Source: Macrostomum hystrix
Lineage: Eukaryota; Animalia; Platyhelminthes
Length of the DNA: 64,000 nt
Assembly: GCA_950097015.1 (NCBI GenBank)
Contig: CATNEN010000003.1
Location: 15,810,001 to 15,874,000 of the forward strand
Direction: 5' to 3'
The first letter of the stretch is position 1. Every line of letters begins with the position of its first letter. This document shows positions 38,333-50,300 of this stretch, piece after piece. The position numbers were made by a program, and so were the translations under genes. The notes beneath the pieces were generated by a model, which was not told the origin of the DNA, searched no databases, and saw only the letters and a program-made list of their open reading frames with translations.

Positions 38333-41300
38333 GTCAGCAGAGAGACTCGAAAGGCATTGGCTTCTGCGGTGCGGCACTACTCATCATGTCCTATGTGCTC
38401 ATATTTCTGACATTTCCATTCTCTCTGTGCCTCTGCATCAAGGTGAGCTCATTAGGCAGCGATTGTGTGCCGCGTTTATTAGCCAATTAATTCGTTACTA
38501 AATTAGCAATAGGCAAGAAGGTTACTCTAATGTGTGTGTCGCAATAGTTTTATAACTGTGCCAAATTGGCGAAGTAATAATATTGTTTTCTTTTATTTGT
38601 GAAAGTGAGAGACTCCCGGCAGACGATATTGGGAATGTGCCATGTCCATTCTCCCATGTCCATTCTCCCATGTCCATTCTCCCATGTCCATTCTCCCATG
38701 TCCATTCTCCCATGTCCATTCTCCCATGTCCATTCTCCCATGTCCATTCTCCCATGTCCATTCTCCCATGTCCATTCTCCCATGTCCATTCTCCCATGTC
38801 CATTCTCCCATGTCCATTCTCCCATGTCCATTCTCCCATGTCCATTCTCCCATGTCCATTCTCCCATGTCCATTCTCCCATGTCCATTCTCCCATGTCCA
38901 TTCTCCCATGTCCATTCTCCCATGTCCATTCTCCCATGTCCATTCTCCCATGTCCATTCTCCCATGTCCATTCTCCCATGTCCATTCTCCCATGTCCATT
39001 CTCCCATGTCCATTCTCCCATGTCCATTCTCCCATGTCCATTCTCCCATGTCCATTCTCCCATGTCCATTCTCCCATGTCCATTCTCCCATGTCCATTCT
39101 CCCATGTCCATTCTCCCATGTCCATTCTCCCATGTCCATTCTCCCATGTCCATTCTCCCATGTCCATTCTCCCATGTCCATTCTCCCATGTCCATTCTCC
39201 CATGTCCATTCTCCCATGTCCATTCTCCCATGTCCATTCTCCCATGTCCATTCTCCCATGTCCATTCTCCCATGTCCATTCTCCCATGTCCATTCTCCCA
39301 TGTCCATTCTCCCATGTCCATTCTCCCATGTCCATTCTCCCATGTCCATTCTCCCATGTCCATTCTCCCATGTCCATTCTCCCATGTCCATTCTCCCATG
39401 TCCATTCTCCCATGTCCATTCTCCCATGTCCATTCTCCCATGTCCATTCTCCCATGTCCATTCTCCCATGTCCATTCTCCCATGTCCATTCTCCCATGTC
39501 CATTCTCCCATGTCCATTCTCCCATGTCCATTCTCCCATGTCCATTCTCCCATGTCCATTCTCCCATGTCCATTCTCCCATGTCCATTCTCCCATGTCCA
39601 TTCTCCCATGTCCATTCTCCCATGTCCATTCTCCCATGTCCATTCTCCCATGTCCATTCTCCCATGTCCATTCTCCCATGTCCTCCTATTCCTCCATGTC
39701 CCATTCTCACATATCCCCATTCTACCATGTCCCATTCTCCCATGTCTTATTCCTCCATGTCCTATTCTCCCATGTCCCATCTTCCATGTCCCATCTCCCA
39801 TGTCCCTTCCTCCATCTCCCTGTCCCATCTCCCATGTCCCATCTCTATGTCACATTCTCCCATATCACATTCTCCCATGTCCCCATTCTCCCATATCCTA
39901 TTCTCCCATATCCCATTCTCCCTTATCCCATTCTCCCATACCTCGTTCTCTAATATCCCCATTCTCTAATTTTCAATTTTTTAAATTTCCCTTGTTCTCC
40001 CATATCTTATTCTCTCCAATTATGTTTAGACAGTAAAACCCGGCAATTAAACACCTGACAGGTGGTTGCCGAGTACGAGCGGGCTGTAATCTTTCGCCTT
40101 GGCCGCATTCTGGAGGGCGGCGCCAAGGGTCCCGGCCTGTTCTTCGTTGTGCCCTGCATGGACATGATCCGCAAGGTGGACCTGCGCACCGTCACCTTTG
40201 ATGTGCCGCCGCAGGAGGTGAGACGCAATTTCTAGTAATTAGAGAGAGGAGTAAAATAAGCCAGTGTTGATAAGGACAGCATAAGTAGGTGTAAAAGTTG
40301 GCGAGATATCAGTTTAAAACTTTTTACCTAAAATTTATTATCTGACATGAAATGTATAAGCAATTATTTACTATTTTTGATCCTAGATAAAGCCAGCTTG
40401 TTTTCCATACCTTTTTTTCTAGATAACTATCCGAGGTATACAACCCACAAAATTTTAGCTTTTTGAGGAACTTTCTGTTTTTGTGTTTTGTTAACCTTCG
40501 GGTTAAATTAAAGTTTGACTGAACTTTCCGAATCAGAAATTTTCGGGGTTGAAGGCTGCGAAGCTTGGAGGCTGCGAAGCTTGAGATCTTTGAATTTTTG
40601 GGGTTTTGAAGCATGGGGTTGTGAAGCTTGGGGTTGTGAATCTTTGGGTTGTGAAGCTTGGGGTTGTGAAGCTTGTGGTTGTGAAGCTTGGGGTTGTGAA
40701 CCTTGGGGTTGTGAAACTTGGGGTTGTGAAGCTTGGGTTGTGAAGCTTGGGGGTTGTGAAGATTGGGGTTATGAAACTTGTGGTTGTGAAGCTTGGGGTT
40801 GTGAAGCTTGGGGTTGTGAAGCTTGGGGGTTGTGAAGCTTGGGGTTGTGAAGCTTGGGGTTGTGAAGCTTGGGGTTGTGAAGCTTGTGGTTGTGAAGCTT
40901 GGGGTTGTGAAGCTTGTGGTTGTGAAGCTTGTGGTTGTGAAGCTTGTGATTGTGAAGCTTGGGGTTGTGAACCTTGGGGTTGTGAAACTTATGGTTGTGA
41001 AGCTTGGGTTGTGAAGCTTGGGGGTTGTGAAGCTTGGGGTTGTGAAGCTTGGGGGTTGTGAAGCTTGGGGTTGTGAAGCTTGGGGTTGTGAAACTTGGGG
41101 GTTGTGAAGCTTGGGGGTTGTGAAACTTGGGGGTTGTGAAACTTGGGGGTTGTGAAGCTTGGGGTTGTGAAGCTTGGGGGTTGTGAAGCTTGGGGTTGGG
41201 GAGCTTGCGGCTTGGGGGGTTGTGAATGCACCCCGCCTGGTCAAGGTGTGATATGGCTGAGGAGTCTCGCCACTCTAAGCAATCTAAAACATTCTCAAAC

Positions 41301-44300
41301 GGTTTAAAAAACACTGAACCTAATTAGCAAATTACCTAATGAGGAAAACAAAAGCACGATCCATCGCCAATCATTTGCCAAATGACTCTAAAATTAGAAT
41401 CTTTATGAAAGTATGAAAATAAGCAAAGAGATCCAAGTGTCAGTGAGGTTTTTAATCATCTCAATTCGGGCTCATGCCAAACTGATGGAGGAGGTTAAAC
41501 AAAAAGGAAAAGGAATGAAAACGGTAGCGGACACTGGAATCTCTCTGTAGATCAAAGACGGACAGGACATTGGGGGGAGCCTAGAGACAATGAATCCTAC
41601 ACGGACTCACGCATGCAAGCCCACCTTCATACAGACAGACAGAGCTTTATTAAGGCTTACCTGCATTACCACTGTCTTATCCCTTCCCGTCTTCTATCTT
41701 CATCTTCCACCATCGATCTCCTTATGAGCTGTTCTCAAATCTTACGCATAACACTCGACACGTGCTGAAATTTGAGTATAGTAGCGAGTGAGTTTTTTTT
41801 ACTGATTTCTTAAAGTATGGGGGTCGGTGGCAGAGCGGTTAACGCGTTTGCCTCTCGCACCAAGGTCCCTGAGTTCGATTCCGCGACGAGGCCACATTTA
41901 TTTGGGGCGCAGCCACGGAGAGAAGGCTTGGCGGCTTGTCGTGCAATTTACGCCCTTGAGGGCCAACCTCCAAGGCACAGTGAGAGTGTACAGTGCCTGA
42001 CGATGAGAAAGTGTGTGAGCGTGAGCCTGCGTACGGCATGTGAGCTCAGGAGTCAGCGAAATGGACAGAATTGCCTCCTCGCTGGCAGCGGGTCTAGTGT
42101 CACCAAATGATGTGCCATTGCCCGCAGCCCTCCTGCAATTATTATTTTCTTTCTGAAAGTTCATTTTTCGGTTTGCTAGTTATAAAAAAGTCAAACTGAG
42201 AGTTTCAGTTTTTAGAAAAATTTGTGATAGACTTGTTATGGCTGCATAAAGGACTCAAAATAAAGACACTGAGAAGTGAACAGATCAGCTTCATGAGCAT
42301 AATCGAATCAATCATCTTATTTCCCATGCGGCCCATAACCCAAGCTGTTGGACTTCTGTTGACTTTTGACCAAGAAAGGCCGCATGAAACTCAACATCAA
42401 GAAGCCCCTAGGGGAGGAAGTGCCTGCTTTCTGAGCAGTCTATATAGCCAGCGCAGCTCTGGTCATTGCTCACAGCACAGTTGAGCATAGCAAGGCTTAG
42501 CAATTGGAGTCAAATTGAAGCCGGCAGTTGTAGACAAAACTCCAGCCTGGGGATTCAATTGAAATTTCTTAGAGAAGCTCACATCAATGGGAGCTGGGAC
42601 AGGAATCCTTTGATTCTGGATATAACACTGCTGGCAAAGGCACTCAAACTGAATGAGAATTAATCAATCATGAGTTCAAATAGGGCAACATACCTCCAAC
42701 ACAAGGCCCTTCAAAGTCTTCTGTAGCCCCCTGTTCCCAGTCTGTCTAATAATGAATGAAATTTGCGAAGCGATTTTAAACTGGATTTCGATTGTTTGTT
42801 AAAGTCTCTTTTTTTCTGAAACTGAGTAGAGTCTAACCTATCCATTGTTAGTACCTCTGCACTGTCACGGTCTTTGTAGTTAATAGGTATAATTCGCAGA
42901 CTGCATGGCTCATATTCTAGTCTCAACGACTCACCGCGACGTGAGCACAACTGCATGGCTTCGCTGCATGAAGACAGATGAGGGGCTTGAGAAATGAATT
43001 GAGTTATGGATTTTGTGGAGAATTAGGCGCGGAGAAGGGAAGAAAGACTGGCTTTTCAATCAAGTGGCACTCGGAATAGGCCTACACAAGCCCGGGACTT
43101 GTTGTGCCTGGCGCAGAATTGCATACAGACGGTAAATTGAGTTTTTTCATTATACGGAAATTTTTGGGAAAGTGGGCTGACTGAGAGCCTGCTAAACGGC
43201 AACAATAAAACAGCCGTGTTTGGGAACTGAACCTGGCGCACTTAATTAAATACCCTTTTTGCTACGCCTCTTCTCAGCTTAACTAATGTGTGAGCAGTGA
43301 CCTTTAGAATTACTTATAATATTTCTAAGAATGCTTCTCTTTTGCTATCATTATAGACATATTTAAGACATTATGCTTTTTGCACCCGAAATTCTCTCGT
43401 CATTGTGTAATAATTGTGTAAAAGGGACGCGTTTTCGTTCTTAAATACCTATCTACAAATTTTTGGTATTAAGAAGGATCTAAAATTTGTTATAATTATT
43501 TGCCGCAGATGCCAGACAGCTCATCAAATTTGGTATAATGCTGGATTTGGATTGCAGTGTGACCCACCCCAATGCGCCATCTATCCACATAGGATAGATA
43601 ATACTGCTCAGTTTCACCTGCACCTGACACTGATCGACAACCATCAAAGCAGATTTTTAATCACAAAGTTCATTTTTTGTTTTCTATTTCTATAGATTCC
43701 TAGGGCCCCATGAAGAACGGGTCGGTGGCAGAGCGGTTAACGCGTTTGCCTCTCGCGCGAATGAGCCTAAGCTCGATTCCGCGGCGAGGCCACATTTATT
43801 TGGGGTGCAGCGGCAGAGAGAAGGCTTGAGGGCTTGTCGTGCAATTTACGCCCTTGAGGGCCGAACTCCAAGGCACAGTGAAAGTGTACACTGCCTGACG
43901 ATGAGAAACCTGTGTGAGCGTGTGCCTGTGTACGGTATCTGTGTGCATGTGTACTCAGGAGTCAGCGGAATGGGCAGAATTACCTACTCGCTGGCTGCGG
44001 GTCTACTGTCACGAAATGCTGCCATTGCCAACAGCCTTCTTGCAATTATTATTATAGGGCCCAAGACGTATGGGAATTGTCGTATTCTCTTAAAGACTGT
44101 CTCGATTGCATAATCGACTCGCAATCGTCTCCTATAACGACCTAAACCATGAACAAGGCGACATCAGCAGACGGAGGAAGTCAGGGAGCAGATTGAGAAG
44201 GGACAGAGTGAAGTATAGGGGCCAAGTGTGTTCGAGGCGTCTTTTTTCTAAAGTTCGGTCACGCACACCTCGTTAGGACAAGAAAATTGGTTCCCGCTTC

Positions 44301-47300
44301 GACCTTTCATTTGCGAATCCGTCTCTCAGTTTGCCTCTCTCCTGGATCTGACTGTAGCTGGCGTCTATCACATCCTCATCGCTGTCTCGGCCAAAGAAAT
44401 GTGCTAATACGGCAATGCACAAGCCATCCTAGACATTCATTTCGACGTTTGTTTACCTAATTTGCACCTATTGATTTTGATAAGGGCTGTTACAGCATCG
44501 ATCGTGAAGCCTAGATGGCTGTGTTGATCGTCAACAGTTAGTGGCGGCGTGAGATCAGCGATATTCTAATGCACAGTGTGAGCGTGACTGTGTGACCTTG
44601 CATTATAACTCCACACCTATGGGGGACAAAAATCACCGTGAGAAACCGGGTGACACTAAATACTGCCCAGAGATACCGTCTTTGTTTTCTGAGTAACTTT
44701 AGACCATCTAAGTGACAGATTTTTGATGGGATAGTATCATGTGGGCGCAACTAAAAAACGTTGCTGGACAAAGTAGCTCTTATTCACAGTTTTTTGTTGT
44801 GAAGCAACCGTCAGACTTTGAATAATAGTACACCATAGTGTTTAGCAGCAGCCTTATACTGACTGCAGTGAAATTTAAGAAGCCAAATCGATTTCTTTTT
44901 AGGCACATATGCTGATGCTTGCGCGTTACCTTATGCAGATCCAAACATTTCCTGTTTTAAACTCCCTAATCCTCAAGCACAAAGTGTCAACTTTCGAGTT
45001 TAAAACTAGTACCATACCTTTATCAACTAACCGTGTGAACTTTCCAGCACATTCAGTGAGTTTTAACGAATGATAAAGTATTATTTTAACGAGACTAAAT
45101 TATTCTAAGTTCTAGAAATTGCTCTAGAAATTATTCTAAATCTACCGATTCTAAATCTACCGATTCTAAATCTACCGATTCTAAATCTACCGATTCTAAA
45201 TCTACCGATTCTAAATCTACCGATTCTAAATCTACCGATTCTAAATCTACCGATTCTTAATCTACCGATTCTAAATCTACCGATTCTTAATCTACCGATT
45301 CTTAATCTACCGATTCTAAATCTACCGATTCTAAATCTACCGATTCTAAATCTACCGATTCTAAATCTACCGATTCTTAATCTACCGATTCTAAATCTAC
45401 CGATTCTTAATCTACCGATTCTAAATCTACCGATTCTAAATCTACCGATTCTTAATTTACCGATTCTAAATCTACCGATTCTAAATCTACCGATTCTAAA
45501 TCTACCGATTCTAAATCTACCGGTTCTAAATCTACCGATTCTAAATCTACCGATTCTAAATCTACCGATTCTAAATCTACCGATTCTAAATCTACCGATT
45601 CTAAATCTACCGATTCTAAATCTACCGATTCTAAATCTACCGATTCTAAATCTACCGATTCTAAATCTACCGATTCTAAATCTACCGATTCTTAATCTAC
45701 CGATTCTAAATCTACCGATTCTAAATCTACCGATTCTTAATTTACCGATTCTAAATCTACCGATTCTAAATCTACCGATTCTTAATCTACCGATTCTAAA
45801 TCTACCGGTTCTAAATCTACCGATTCTAAATCTACCGATTCTAAATCTACCGATTCTAAATCTACCGATTCTAAATCTACCGATTCTAAATCTACCGATT
45901 CTAAATCTACCGATTCTAAATCTACCGATTCTAAATCTACCGATTCTAAATCTACCGATTCTTAATCTACCGATTCTAAATCTACCGGTTCTAAATCTAC
46001 CGATTCTAAATCTACCGATTCTAAATCTACCGATTCTAAATCTACCGATTCTAAATCTACCGGTTCTAAATCTACCGATTCTAAATCTACCGATTCTAAA
46101 TCTACCGATTCTAAATCTACCGATTCTAAATCTACCGATTCTAAATCTACCGATTCTTAATCTACCGATTCTAAATCTACCGGTTCTAAATCTACCGATT
46201 CTAAATCTACCGATTCTAAATCTACCGATTCTAAATCTACCGATTCTAAATCTACCGGTTCTAAATCTACCGATTCTAAATCTACCGATTCTAAATCTAC
46301 CGATTCTAAATCTACCGATTCTTAATCTACCGATTCTAAATCTACCGATTCTAAATCTACCGATTCTAAATCTACCGATTCTAAATCTACCGATTCTAAA
46401 TCTACCGATTCTTAATCTACCGATTCTAAATCTACCGATTTTTAATCTACCGATTCTAAATCTACCGATTCTAAATCTACCGATTCTTAATTTACCGATT
46501 CTAAATCTACCGATTCTAAATCTACCGATTCTAAATCTACCGATTCTAAATCTACCGGTTCTTAATCTACCGATTCTTAATCTACCGATTCTTAATCTAC
46601 CGGTTCTTAATCTACCGATTCTTAATCTACCGATTCTTAATCTACCGATTCTAAATCTACCGATTCTTAATCTACCGATTCTAAATCTACCGATTCTTAA
46701 TCTACCGATTCTAAATCTACCGATTCTAAATCTACCGATTCTTAATCTACCGATTCTAAATCTACCGATTCTAAATTTAAATCAGCATTTTTATTTACAT
46801 TTTTAATGTCAGAAAGTTGATGTTTCTTACTCAGGTTTTGTTACAATTTTACCGTTCGCGTTTTTGTCTTTTGTTTAAATTTAGTTTCGCCAAGGTCAGT
46901 GGTGACATTTTGCGGATACAGACATGCTAATTACGTTTTAACTCCAGTTCCGAAATTCACAACCACAGGTACTGACAAAGGACTCTGTGACGGTAGCTGT
47001 GGATGCAGTTGTGTACTATCGCATCTACAATCCTGTCATCGCGGTTACCAACGTAGAAGATGCTGACAGATCTACAAGACTGCTGGCTGCAACCACACTG
47101 AGAAATGTTCTTGGCACCAAGAACCTGTCTGAGATTCTGTCTGAACGAGAGAGCATCAGCAACATGATGCAGGTCCGTGTGTTCCGAAATACAATGATGA
47201 ATTGGTTTTTTGCTTCCATAAATTGAAAGTAATTGCAGCATAGTTAATACTTATTCTGAAGTTTAGAATGAAAGAAGAACACTAATAGGTGTTTTCGGAC

Positions 47301-50300
47301 GGATCTGTCACTTTGACAAGGTCAAACACGGCTGCTTGCCAGTGAAAAAGTTTGAAATTCCTCTAGATTCGGCGTCGCTGGCCCACTTTTGGATAATAAA
47401 ACATTAACAGCAGGACTACCAAGCTATTTTGCCGCCCGTTTAAATACCAACGGGGGGGAATTCCACTTCTAGATAAAGGTCGGTGACTACCGAAGTCGGA
47501 GATGATGCAGGAAATTTCGCGTGACGTGCTGATTAAGTTTGAAGGCCTGGCAAGGTGCAGTGCAAGTTTGTGTATCGGAGTGTATGAAATACACTAGCTC
47601 TTATGGGAAAAATCTGACATTCGGCCAGAACCGTTGAATATCTCGACGGTCTGATGGGCTGGCGACTTGATTCTTGTTTTAGAAGATGCCCAACAAAAGT
47701 TGGCCCCGTGTTCTTGAGTTTCGTGTGCTTGCGTTGCTCCGCTCGTGTGCAGCACAAAAAATTGTCAAGGGGGATTTGACCCCTCCCTTTGTGGGTCTAC
47801 TGTTAGCTGGAAAGCTTTTCATAAAAAATCCCATATTCGAATAAAAGCCGTCAGTTGAAAGGGTCACATCAATGTAACAATTAAATGATTCGCATGTCAA
47901 ACTCATTCAGGCCAAATGATTAGGCTTATCTAGCTCAATACTAAGCAGATCTCTTATGGCTATTTGAAATACACGGAAATCCCATTCAATTTTTGGGATT
48001 CGCTTTTTGAAGACAATTAGCCTATATCAGCGAAAAATCGACATGTATTGTCCAAATTTTATCTGGAGAAAAATCTTCAAATTTTGAAAAACAACTTCTA
48101 GAAGTGAAGAATGGCTAAATGTACGACATTGACGACAAAGCACACTTGAATTTAAAACGACAGAACAGAACTAAAAAATGCACATTCATCACGTATTTGA
48201 ACCCTGAACCTGTACTTATCTGTTTATACTCGTATTTTATAAGCATCATGTTTCCAAACCTAATTAGACTCGGCTTCTAAGCTAGTTCAGATCATAAATA
48301 GTTAATTTTAACCTATCTGTTTAAAGCTTCTGTTAAAATGTCTATATGCTTGTCCCAAACCAAAATGAAAGAGCCATTAACAGCTGACATTCCACGGAGA
48401 GTTATTTTAAGTACCCACATTTTATTCGTTCTGTATCTCCTTAAACATTCAACCAATCGCAATGACCATCCAGAACACAGGCTGCATTTTCCACTCTATC
48501 CGATGAAACAGCTTCCAGAATCGCAAAACATCATCGAGATATTCAATGGTTCTCGTTGGTGTGTCTTTTGGCAAAAACCAGCAATATGGACATGAATTTT
48601 CTGCTCAAAAATTTTTATCTTGAATCCATGTCGACCATGGAGTGATATTATGGTGATATGTGATATTTGAAATGCCCCGAGGTCAGATCTTTATGTGGTA
48701 AACTAATTAGGGTCCAAATTGTTTTCTCGGCAGTAAAACTGTTCACCTTGCTCATGGCCTCAACTTTATAGTTGTCCTCGAGTTTTAACTGATTAGAGCG
48801 AAACTTATAAACGAATAACTTATTGACTGAAGTACACAAAAGGTAACTAATAGTTTGAGTAGTATTACAAATAAGGAACTCGATAAATACCTAAAAAAAT
48901 CTAAAAACGCATGTTTATACTCGTATATCCTATACTATCAACCCAAAATTTGTAGTCAGGCAAGCGCATTGTGTCGCAAAAAAATACAACAAACAATTCT
49001 TGTTCTAGAATATGCTGGATGACGCCACTGATCCGTGGGGCGTCAAGGTGGAGCGCGTTGAGGTGTAAGTCTGTTTCATTTAGGTCGACAAAAAGCTTAA
49101 GCAAGTTTTGGAGGAAAAATTTGCACTGAAAAATCACACTCACAATGCTTAAATTGACTATGGTTTCATTTATTTGTATTTATTTGTGCCTATACGCATC
49201 GGGCTTGTGTGCCACTTGCCACTTTAAGTCGGTGTTGTTTCGTTTGACCGCTTTGCTTGAAATAGTTTCTATAGGAACCACTTTGGAGCACTTTTGGTGT
49301 AATCCTTTTAACACGTGTGCATTATACAATGACATAGCACTCGCTAAAAATAGAAGCATTGGCACAGTAGCTTGGTCACAGATGTGGAAGAACTAATGGG
49401 TCAGGGGTTCGATTTTCGACTCCAACGGAACAATTAGAGTCAATTAGCCAGGACAATGAACTTACATCGCTTCAGTTCACCCAGCTGTTAAATTGGTACC
49501 AGAATTAGCTGGGGTAATCTCCCCCCACAGTCCATGGACTGAACTGCACAATAGCTGCGGCTGTGCTGTCGGCTGCACATCTGATACAATAAGGGTAGGT
49601 CCACAGAATGCACCACAATGCTCAATCAGCTTCCAAATCAAGAGCCGAAATATAAAACCATAGACAGTACTCCCGAGGTGAAGAAGAGATAAGTAGTACT
49701 GAAATTTGAGAAGTAGTCTCCTTTTTGTACGTCCATTCTAGGGGGAACATTATTATGGACAGAAGGTCCCGATTGTAGATTTGCAGCTGTAGCGACATGA
49801 AAATGTAGATATTAATTGTGAACATTCAACGCAAACTAGAACAGTTTAAAAACAGCAGTAAGAGCAGCCTGCAGTTTAAGCCTCAAACAACAGGCAACCT
49901 ATACTTTAGTGGATAACAGGCGTCGCAGCTTTCGTTATTCTGCTGAAGCTGTACACCCGTATACTGTGAGCTCCGCGCTTCCTGGCAGCTCGAAGTAATA
50001 CTTTTTGAGCTTTGCACCAGTGACGTAAACGCAGTACAAAGATGAGAGAGATGAAACCCATTCCTTTGTGTGCTCACTGTTGTGTAGATGTAGCTCAGTT
50101 GCAGCAGCAGCTTGTGCTGCAGGCTGGACTCGGGCACTGCGTTATTGGTGATGTCAAAAAGCTTGTCGACTTGCTCACAAAACTTACCAGAAGCGTTTGG
50201 ACAAGAAAGCAATCCGTGTTCCTCGATCGTACACAGCCGAAAGGGGTAGGTATTTGAAGTCAATCTAAGGAAAGCAGGCAGCTAAGCTGAGTTAGTATAC

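Noticed and set aside
41817-41895. tRNA gene candidates (also 2380-2451 and 43719-43790)
   Set aside because: A and B boxes are present, but there is no clean cloverleaf and each continues into a shared repeat body, so they are SINE heads.
43890-43915. CTGACGA-tga-GAAA hammerhead-like core in the family 2 SINE (also near 41996)
   Set aside because: Only 3 nt separate the core motifs, so stem II cannot form, and I could not build stems I and III.
20870-46778. CRISPR-like appearance of regular repeats
   Set aside because: There are no unique spacers and no cas genes, and the context is eukaryotic; these are head-to-tail tandem arrays.
49883-50263. 126-aa minus-strand ORF between the duplicated stomatin exons
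   Set aside because: It has no ATG start or recognisable domain; it may be a decayed transposase fragment, but I cannot support that.
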